This document shows positions 56,813-64,000 of a stretch of 64,000 nucleotides of DNA, piece after piece. The notes beneath the pieces were generated by a model. It was not told the origin of the DNA. It saw only the letters and a list, made by a program, of their open reading frames with translations, and did no database searches. The translations under genes were made by a program, and so were the position numbers. The DNA is from Candidatus Daviesbacteria bacterium (lineage in GTDB: Bacteria > Patescibacteriota > Microgenomatia > Daviesbacterales > UBA10151). Position 1 is the first letter of the stretch; the number at the start of each line of letters is the position of its first letter. The DNA lies in assembly GCA_016184225.1 (NCBI GenBank), contig JACPDA010000004.1, positions 279,927 through 343,926 of the forward strand, written 5' to 3'.

Positions 56813-59236
56813 ATGGCTGATTTTGCGAAACCTACTATTAATGAACCTTTGAAACTTAAGCCAACTATTCCTGTAGGACCACTGCGTGATACTGTTATCT
56901 TTCCCGGCAATTCGGTTCCTATTATCTCCGGCAGGCCAAAATCCAAGGCTGCACTTGATGTATCCTGGAATTCCGATAAATTAATCGTTTTTGTTACCCA
57001 GAAAAACTCACGGATAGAAGACCCCAGCGAAAAAGATCTTTATAAAGTAGGGACTGTTTGTTTGATACGGAGGGTGGTCAAAAACCCGGAAGGTGAGTAT
57101 ACTTTGCAAGCCGAAGGATTAAGCAGGGTTTATCTTAAAAGCTTTACTAAAATAGACCCTTACATTGAGGCGGAGATAGAAGAGATTCCGGATCTTTATG
57201 AAAAAAGCGAGCAGACAGAAGCACTAGTCCGAACTGTCCGGGAACAAGTCAAGCGTTACTTGGAACTTGGCGGCAACCCCTTTTTTGACCAGAGCACTTT
57301 TGCCAACTGGTCCTTATTTACCTACAGTGATGACCCAAACCAACTGGTTAATTCCATCACCCAAGCAATTGATTTTAAAACTATAGACAAACAACAAATT
57401 TTAGAGATGGTTTCTGCTGCCGAGCGGTTGCAGCGGCTGTCCGAGCTTTTGGCAAAAGAGATCAGGATTTTGGAAATATCCCAGAAAATTTCATCCCAAA
57501 CTCAGGAGCGGGTTTCCAAGATGACCAAAGAAGCAATTTTGCGGGAGCAGATGAAAAGTATAGAGGAAGAATTAGGAGGCGCAGATACCGAACACCAAGA
57601 AATTAAGGAATTTGAGCTAAAAATTAAAAAAGCAGGCATGCCCAAAGAGGTTTTGGAGCGGGCCAGAAAAGAGTTGGGGAGGCTTGCCAAAATGTCCTCT
57701 TACAACCCGGAAGCAGGCTATATCAGGAATTACTTGGAATGGTTAACAGATCTGCCTTGGAAATTGGCAAAAAGGGGCAAAGTTGATTTGAAAAAAGCAG
57801 AAGGAATTTTAGAAGAGGACCACTACGGGCTCAAAAAGGTTAAAGAAAGAGTTATAGAATACCTGGCTGTTTATAAGCTGGCCGGCAAGATGAGAGGGCC
57901 TATCCTTTGTTTTGTAGGGCCACCGGGTACGGGAAAAACTTCAATAGGGAAATCTATTGCCAGGGCCCTAAACCGCAAATTTGTCAAAGTGTCGTTAGGC
58001 GGTATCCGTGATGAGGCAGAAATCAGAGGCCACAGGCGGACTTATGTCGGATCCATGCCCGGCAGAATAATTCAGGGAATAAAGCAGGCAGGCGCCACTA
58101 ATCCAGTTTTTATGCTGGATGAGATTGATAAAATTGGAGCCGATTATCGAGGTGATCCTTCGGCAGCGCTTCTGGAAGCACTAGATCCTGAACAAAACGA
58201 AGGGTTTTCCGACCATTATTTGGAGGTCTCCTACGATCTTTCCAATGTCATGTTTATTACCACTGCCAATATTTTGGATACCATTCCTTCGGCTCTGCGG
58301 GACAGACTTGAGGTGATCAGGTATCCGGGTTATACAGAAGATGAGAAATTCCATATTGCCAAGCAGTTTCTTATCCCTAAGCAGGTTGAAAACCACGGTC
58401 TGACTAAAAATCAAATTGAGTTTGAGGATCAGGCGGTCTACTCGATTATCAGGGAGTATACCAGGGAAGCCGGAGTCAGGAGTTTGGAAAGGGAGGTTTC
58501 AGCAGTGCTTAGAAAAGTAGCCCGCAAGATTGCTGAGGGTAATGGAGAAGTGAAGAAATTTGTAATTACCCCGGCAGATGTCCACAAATTCCTGGGTCCT
58601 ATTAAGTTTTTGCCAATCTTGGCTGAAAAACAGGACGAAATTGGCATGGTGACCGGCCTGTCCGTGACTGAGGCAGGCGGGGAAGTTTTGTTTATCGAGG
58701 TAACTTTAATGCCCGGAAAAGGCAATTTACTTTTGACAGGACAACTGGGAGATGTGATGAAAGAATCAGGACAGGCTGCCATGTCTTATGTCCGGTCCCA
58801 TTGGGCAGATTTAGGATTACCAGAGCACTTTTTCCAAAAAGTTGATGTCCATGTCCATGTGCCGGAAGGGGCTATTCCGAAAGATGGTCCATCAGCCGGC
58901 ATTTCCTTGACCACTGCCATAGTTTCGGCCTTCACTAAGATTCCGGTACATAAAGAGATAGCCATGACAGGTGAGGTAACTCTTCGGGGCAGGGTTTTGG
59001 AAATCGGCGGGTTTAAGGAAAAGATTTTGGCTGCTCACCGGGCCGGTGTAAAAATGGTGATTGCGCCCTCGGATAATGAAAAAGATCTGGAGGATATCCC
59101 TGACTTTGTGCAAAAAGACTTAAAGTTTGTCTTTGCCAAACATATGGATGATGTTTTAAAAGTAGCCCTAGTCAGGCCTCCCCAGCCGGCTGCTCGTAAA
59201 AGAATCCCAACTTCTCCTCCGGTTTATATAGCTTAA
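56813..59236 (+). CDS. lon: ATP-dependent protease La
   Basis: [35 protein letters not shown], catalytic Lys in GG.KEK. Confidence 0.97.
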   Translation: MADFAKPTINEPLKLKPTIPVGPLRDTVIFPGNSVPIISGRPKSKAALDVSWNSDKLIVFVTQKNSRIEDPSEKDLYKVGTVCLIRRVVKNPEGEYTLQAEGLSRVYLKSFTKIDPYIEAEIEEIPDLYEKSEQTEALVRTVREQVKRYLELGGNPFFDQSTFANWSLFTYSDDPNQLVNSITQAIDFKTIDKQQILEMVSAAERLQRLSELLAKEIRILEISQKISSQTQERVSKMTKEAILREQMKSIEEELGGADTEHQEIKEFELKIKKAGMPKEVLERARKELGRLAKMSSYNPEAGYIRNYLEWLTDLPWKLAKRGKVDLKKAEGILEEDHYGLKKVKERVIEYLAVYKLAGKMRGPILCFVGPPGTGKTSIGKSIARALNRKFVKVSLGGIRDEAEIRGHRRTYVGSMPGRIIQGIKQAGATNPVFMLDEIDKIGADYRGDPSAALLEALDPEQNEGFSDHYLEVSYDLSNVMFITTANILDTIPSALRDRLEVIRYPGYTEDEKFHIAKQFLIPKQVENHGLTKNQIEFEDQAVYSIIREYTREAGVRSLEREVSAVLRKVARKIAEGNGEVKKFVITPADVHKFLGPIKFLPILAEKQDEIGMVTGLSVTEAGGEVLFIEVTLMPGKGNLLLTGQLGDVMKESGQAAMSYVRSHWADLGLPEHFFQKVDVHVHVPEGAIPKDGPSAGISLTTAIVSAFTKIPVHKEIAMTGEVTLRGRVLEIGGFKEKILAAHRAGVKMVIAPSDNEKDLEDIPDFVQKDLKFVFAKHMDDVLKVALVRPPQPAARKRIPTSPPVYIA

Positions 59237-59306
59237 AAACGAGCTTACCTCTTGACTTATCTCATGAGCCTGTTGTAAATTCTTAAATACTGCTTCAATA
59301 TTTTCC

Positions 59307-61313
59307 ATGGATTTAATTGTAAATAATATAAATTTAATTATCTGGGCCAGCGTGGCGGCTGCGCTTTTCTATGGCGGCTGGTTAATTGTTGAAATCCTCA
59401 GGAAAGATTCCGGCGACGAGAAAATGCAAGAGATTGCGGGAGCTATACAAGTCGGAGCCGGCGCATATCTGCAAAGACAATATAAAGTAGTGGCCCTGGT
59501 TGCTGTTGGTCTGGCTATCCTAATCTACTTCGCCTTAGGTCAAAATACTGCTGTCGGGTTTTTGATCGGGGCAACACTTTCCGCCTTGGCCGGATTTATT
59601 GGTATGAGTGTGGCAGTAAGAGCTAATGTCCGGGTGGCCCAGGTTGCTAAAAATGGTTTATCAGAGGCTTTTATCCTGGCCTACAAAGGCGGGGCAGTGA
59701 CCGGATTTTTAGTGGTAGGCCTAGCTTTGGCAGCAGTTTATGGCTTTTACCAATATACAGGAGGTGACTTAAAATCTTTAATCGGCCTTGGGTTTGGCGG
59801 TTCGCTAATTTCCGTATTTGCCAGGTTGGGCGGGGGAATTTTCACCAAAGGGGCAGATGTGGGGGCAGATTTGGTAGGTAAGATTGAAGCCGGTATTCCG
59901 GAAGATGATCCCAGGAACCCGGCAGTGATCGCTGATAATGTAGGGGATAACGTAGGTGATGATGCCGGAATGGCAGCAGATATTTTTGAAACATATATTG
60001 TGACTGCCATTGCCGCCATGATTTTAGGCCAACTACTTTTCCCCGGATACGGTGCCGCCGTAATCTTTCCTGTCTTAATTTTATCCATGGGAGTTTTTGC
60101 TTCTGTAATAGGATCTTTGTTTGTCAGGTTAAAGGGTAAAAATATTATGGGTGCCCTTTATAAAGGTATGGTTGCTACTGCCATACTTTGTGCGGTGTTG
60201 TTTTACCCGGTAACAGTCGCTTTGATGGGTGATAACGGTGCCTTTTCGGTTTTGAACCTATACCTGGCAGCGTTGATCGGAGTGTTAGTTACAGCCGGAA
60301 TGGTAATTATTACAGAATACTACACCGGTACCCAGTATCCTCCGGTTCAAAACTTAAGCCTGGCTTCAAAAACCGGCCATGCCACTAATATTATTTCCGG
60401 TTTAGCATTGTCCATGCGTTCAACTTTTTGGCCAATAATCCTAATCTCCGCTGCAGTTATGGTCAGTTTTATCTTGGCTGGGCTTTATGGAATAGCTCTG
60501 GCAGGTGTGACTATGCTTTCTTTGGCAGGGATTGTGGTGGCCATAGATGCCTTTGGTCCCATCACTGATAATGCCGGCGGGATAGCTGAAATGGCAAACT
60601 TACCTGCAAAAGTGCGCGACGTAACAGACCCACTGGATGCGGTTGGCAATACCACCAAAGCTGTAACCAAAGGTTATGCAATCGGTTCCGCAGCTTTGGC
60701 AGCCATGGTTTTATTTACGGCTTTTGCCCAGGAATTTTCTGCCCAAGGCTCCCAGTTGCAGTTTTCTTTGTCCGATCCGAAAGTCTTGGTTGGCCTTTTT
60801 ATAGGCGGTTCCCTTCCTTATCTTTTTGCTTCATTTGCTATGGAGGCAGTAGGTAAGGCAGGCGGAGCAGTGGTGGAGGAGGTCAGAAGGCAATTTAGGA
60901 CTATCAAAGGGATTATGGAGGGTACAGCCAAGCCTGATTATGCCAAGTGTGTTGATATTGTGACTGCTTCGGCACAAAAGCAAATGTTAGTTCCTGCTTT
61001 AATTCCGGTGCTGTCACCGGTAATTGTGGGATTTACCTTGGGTCCGGTTGCCCTCGGTGGAATGTTGGTGGGGTCAATAGTGACCGGAATTTTTGTGGCA
61101 GTTTCCATGACCACGGGGGGAGCTGCCTGGGATAATGCTAAAAAGTATATAGAATCAGGCAAATTCGGCGGTAAAGGCTCTGAAGCCCACAAAGCAGCAG
61201 TGACAGGGGATACGGTAGGAGACCCGTATAAGGATACCGCCGGCCCAGCCATAAACCCTATGATTAAAGTTGTCAATATTGTTGCTTTACTTCTAGTTCC
61301 ATTCCTCAAATAA
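59307..61313 (+). CDS. hppA: Membrane pyrophosphatase, predicted K+-independent H+-pumping type
   Basis: [25 protein letters not shown] (Lys at the K+-dependence determinant), GDTVGDP.KD. Confidence 0.92.
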   Translation: MDLIVNNINLIIWASVAAALFYGGWLIVEILRKDSGDEKMQEIAGAIQVGAGAYLQRQYKVVALVAVGLAILIYFALGQNTAVGFLIGATLSALAGFIGMSVAVRANVRVAQVAKNGLSEAFILAYKGGAVTGFLVVGLALAAVYGFYQYTGGDLKSLIGLGFGGSLISVFARLGGGIFTKGADVGADLVGKIEAGIPEDDPRNPAVIADNVGDNVGDDAGMAADIFETYIVTAIAAMILGQLLFPGYGAAVIFPVLILSMGVFASVIGSLFVRLKGKNIMGALYKGMVATAILCAVLFYPVTVALMGDNGAFSVLNLYLAALIGVLVTAGMVIITEYYTGTQYPPVQNLSLASKTGHATNIISGLALSMRSTFWPIILISAAVMVSFILAGLYGIALAGVTMLSLAGIVVAIDAFGPITDNAGGIAEMANLPAKVRDVTDPLDAVGNTTKAVTKGYAIGSAALAAMVLFTAFAQEFSAQGSQLQFSLSDPKVLVGLFIGGSLPYLFASFAMEAVGKAGGAVVEEVRRQFRTIKGIMEGTAKPDYAKCVDIVTASAQKQMLVPALIPVLSPVIVGFTLGPVALGGMLVGSIVTGIFVAVSMTTGGAAWDNAKKYIESGKFGGKGSEAHKAAVTGDTVGDPYKDTAGPAINPMIKVVNIVALLLVPFLK

Positions 61314-61377
61314 CGTGTTTCTAAAACCGCATCACCGAAAATTTGCATCTATCCTATAAAAGTGATAAACTTCATAT

Positions 61378-62547
61378 ATGAGTTCAGAAATGCAGCCTAT
61401 TCCATATGAAAAGAGAGTCGCTACTGTTGTCGGAGGGCGCGGACAGCTAGGGAGTAGAGTAGTTAAAGGTCTTCAGGGTTTGGGAATTCCAGATGTAAGA
61501 ATTTGCGAGAAAGGTGATCCGTTTAGAGGTTTTGTCGGCGTTTCAACCGATGTATTTTTAGCCACCGATGCCAAAACAACAAAAGACATGCTTGCCGCTG
61601 CCCGTGATTTATTAGATAAACAAACTGTTCTTGATGGCGCAAGCGTGAAAGCGCCTTTAATTCCTTTTTATAGGAGCTTAGATAAATGCGGAATTAGCGT
61701 TTGTTCTACGCACTTGGGAGCTGTCCCAGCTCATCCTTGGGGTGGAGTGAAGGTTTGGGTCTGTGAAGTTGGACCAAACTCAGAAAGAGCGAAACAATTA
61801 GCCGTAGATCTTTTTTTATCCAAAAATACTTCAATCCAACTAATTAATATAAAAGATCATTGGCAAGTAGAACAGGATCAATGGTTTACTTTCGCTGTAA
61901 TGCATATTTTTGCCGCGGCTTTGCGAGAATCCGGTCTTTCTCTGGGAAGGTTTAACGCTTTTGCAACTCTTAATGCAGAACTGGCAGCACTGCCTTTAGG
62001 CAGAACGCTTGGGCAGGGTACAATCGTTCCATCTGAAGTTTTATTTACCCAACCAAGAAAAAGAAAATTTTTTGGTGGAATAACTAAAGCGTTCCAAGAA
62101 TTAAAAGAGAGCCTAAAAGATCGGAAGAGCTTACAGGAATTTATGCAAAGAAATATAAGCTTTCACGATTCCCCGCCAGAGGACCCGCCTGGAAGCGTAA
62201 ATACAATATTTACGAAAGCCGGTATTGTTGGAGCCAGGAATGCAAATCTTCGGATGTTTTCAATACGCCTTCGGATTACCGACAATAAACCGGGAAATTT
62301 AATTAAAATACTTGAACCTTTCCGTGATGCAGGTGCTAATATTACCGCAATTGATTCTATGCCAGGAGTCATTACTCCAGAAGAAGAACAACATGGCATA
62401 GACCCTGACAGCATTGTAAATTTTGATATAGGAATTGACCCAAGATCGCTAGAAGGGATAGATAATAAGACGTGGCTAAGAGTAAACGAGCGATTGTATA
62501 CAATGGGGTGTCGGATTGACTATGACGGATATTTCTTAAATCGATAA
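61378..62547 (+). CDS. Divergent prephenate/arogenate dehydrogenase (TyrA-like) with C-terminal ACT domain
   Basis: VVGGRGQLG Rossmann motif, D..SVK, STH, and ACT motif DNKPG.L..IL..F...G.NIT.I.S. Confidence 0.65.
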   Translation: MSSEMQPIPYEKRVATVVGGRGQLGSRVVKGLQGLGIPDVRICEKGDPFRGFVGVSTDVFLATDAKTTKDMLAAARDLLDKQTVLDGASVKAPLIPFYRSLDKCGISVCSTHLGAVPAHPWGGVKVWVCEVGPNSERAKQLAVDLFLSKNTSIQLINIKDHWQVEQDQWFTFAVMHIFAAALRESGLSLGRFNAFATLNAELAALPLGRTLGQGTIVPSEVLFTQPRKRKFFGGITKAFQELKESLKDRKSLQEFMQRNISFHDSPPEDPPGSVNTIFTKAGIVGARNANLRMFSIRLRITDNKPGNLIKILEPFRDAGANITAIDSMPGVITPEEEQHGIDPDSIVNFDIGIDPRSLEGIDNKTWLRVNERLYTMGCRIDYDGYFLNR

Positions 62548-62635
62548 TATTATAACCCCAGAAACTTTTGAACTTCCACTCCTGGAGTGTAGGTTTGAAA
62601 CAATTCAAGTTTTTGTTGTGCTATGTGCTGGATGA

Positions 62636-63049
62636 TTATTGTACAGGGGTTGGGGGAGGGGTGGGTTGGCCGCCGGATAGGGCATTTTTAACTTCATTAA
62701 CCACCTGGTCCGGGGTATAGGAAGCTTTTATTAAATAAGCTTGTGCCCCCAGTTCAAACCCTTCCTTGATAACTGCCTCTTGGCCTAAGTTAGTTAAAAG
62801 AATAGTAATCATGGGGGAACTGGGATAATGTGTCTTAAATTCCCGAAGAAGTTGTAAGCCGTTAATTCCCGGAAGCATGATATCCAAAAGAAGCAGATCA
62901 AAGGTTTCTGTCTTTAATGTATCCAGACCAGTCTGTCCGTCAGGAGCACTTTTAACAAAAAACCCGGCTTTGGTGAGCTGCCTGGTATATAGTTCTCTGA
63001 TAAAATCTTCATCCTCAACAAGCAAGATTCTTTTAGCTGCCGGATTCAT
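62636..63049 (-). CDS. Single-domain response regulator
   Basis: LVEDE, LLLDIMLP, LTN, YLIK. Confidence 0.92.
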   Translation of the reverse strand: MNPAAKRILLVEDEDFIRELYTRQLTKAGFFVKSAPDGQTGLDTLKTETFDLLLLDIMLPGINGLQLLREFKTHYPSSPMITILLTNLGQEAVIKEGFELGAQAYLIKASYTPDQVVNEVKNALSGGQPTPPPTPVQ

Positions 63050-63073
63050 ATTTAACCATTGTATATTATTGGC

Positions 63074-64000
63074 CTAATAATTCAAGGTCCCAGATTGGAA
63101 AGCTTGGGATGTAAACTGCCTGCTGTCCAAAATCCCCGAGCTTTGAGTAACTACAGGCAGGGTAAATAAGAACTTGCTGCCCTTTCCTGGTTCTGACTCA
63201 ACCCAGATTTTACCATGGAGTTTTTCAATAATTGATTTGGAAATATATAAGCCTAAGCCGGTTCCTTTATTGGCTTTTTGCTCAGTATTAGAAACCCTAA
63301 AGAATTTATTAAACAGGTGAGGAATTGCCTCCTTGGGTATGCCGATGCCGGTGTCAGAAACTACGGTTTCAACCTCTACAGGAGAAACTTTTACTGCAAT
63401 TTCAACTTTCCCGCCCGGATTTGTATAATTGATGGCATTGGCCACCAGATTGGTAACAACTTCACTTAACCGGATTGGGTCGGCCAGGACTTTAGGTAGG
63501 GTTTGTGCCGGATGACTTAAGTTTAAAACAATACTTTTTTGAGTAGCCAGGCTTCTTAAGTCATCCACTACTTTAGCAAGTATAGCGAGATGATCAGTTG
63601 GCTCCGGTGAAACCGACAACTGCTCTCTTTCTATTTTATTAACATTTAATAGATTGGTAATTAGTGTCTGAAGTTGTTTGGCAGCTGTAAACGCTTTATT
63701 TAAAAGGTTGAAACTCTCTTTTGAAATGTTCTTTTGGTTTTCCTCCAGGAATACGGATAAATAACCCACAATACTGGTAAGCGGGGTTTTTAACTCATGG
63801 GATGCCATAGAAACAAAATCCAACTTCATTTGTTCCAGCTCCTCCTCCCTGGATAAATCATGCAGGATAATGATGCAACTAAGATTAGTTTGTACAGTCG
63901 TACTGACTTGGGTAGTTATGGTTTTGACTTTAGTTTGTTTGCCCATCTTTCCGATCAGTTTTGCGGTTTGGTTAAAATTTTCCCGGCAATAGGTTTTGGA
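63074..64000 (-). CDS. Sensor histidine kinase, 5'-truncated by window edge
   Basis: SHELKTPL, NLVANAINYT, DTGIGI, LF.KF.R, GTGLGL. Confidence 0.92.
   Translation of the reverse strand, partial: SKTYCRENFNQTAKLIGKMGKQTKVKTITTQVSTTVQTNLSCIIILHDLSREEELEQMKLDFVSMASHELKTPLTSIVGYLSVFLEENQKNISKESFNLLNKAFTAAKQLQTLITNLLNVNKIEREQLSVSPEPTDHLAILAKVVDDLRSLATQKSIVLNLSHPAQTLPKVLADPIRLSEVVTNLVANAINYTNPGGKVEIAVKVSPVEVETVVSDTGIGIPKEAIPHLFNKFFRVSNTEQKANKGTGLGLYISKSIIEKLHGKIWVESEPGKGSKFLFTLPVVTQSSGILDSRQFTSQAFQSGTLNY

Overview
A 64-kb chromosomal segment from a small-genome, AT-rich bacterium using the standard code. Gene content and style suggest Patescibacteria/CPR, probably Microgenomates (inference). It holds about 65 CDSs. 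Housekeeping: rnpB, comM, secD/secF, cca, recJ, tyrS, aspS, gltX, tRNA-Gln(CTG), lon, class II RNR with cobO, and an H+-PPase. Metabolic and accessory blocks: an FMN-riboswitch rib operon lacking ribB, non-oxidative pentose-phosphate genes, VKOR/DsbA, and a CsoR copper operon containing an arsR-merA block. There is no CRISPR array, rRNA or intact transposase. Main observations: (1) a PaaX/Cas2-like gene bracketed by two homologous 44-bp palindromes with compensatory base changes; (2) two unannotated, related Phe/Tyr/Trp-rich leader peptides with attenuator structures at a tyrS-methyltransferase-metE-like-aroF-alaX cluster, where the AlaX has non-canonical Zn ligands; (3) several families of short palindromic or heptamer repeats inserted in frame into proteins and into the FMN riboswitch; (4) an in-frame 48-nt IS200/IS605-like scar in merA; (5) a duplicated conserved region V inside RNase P RNA.
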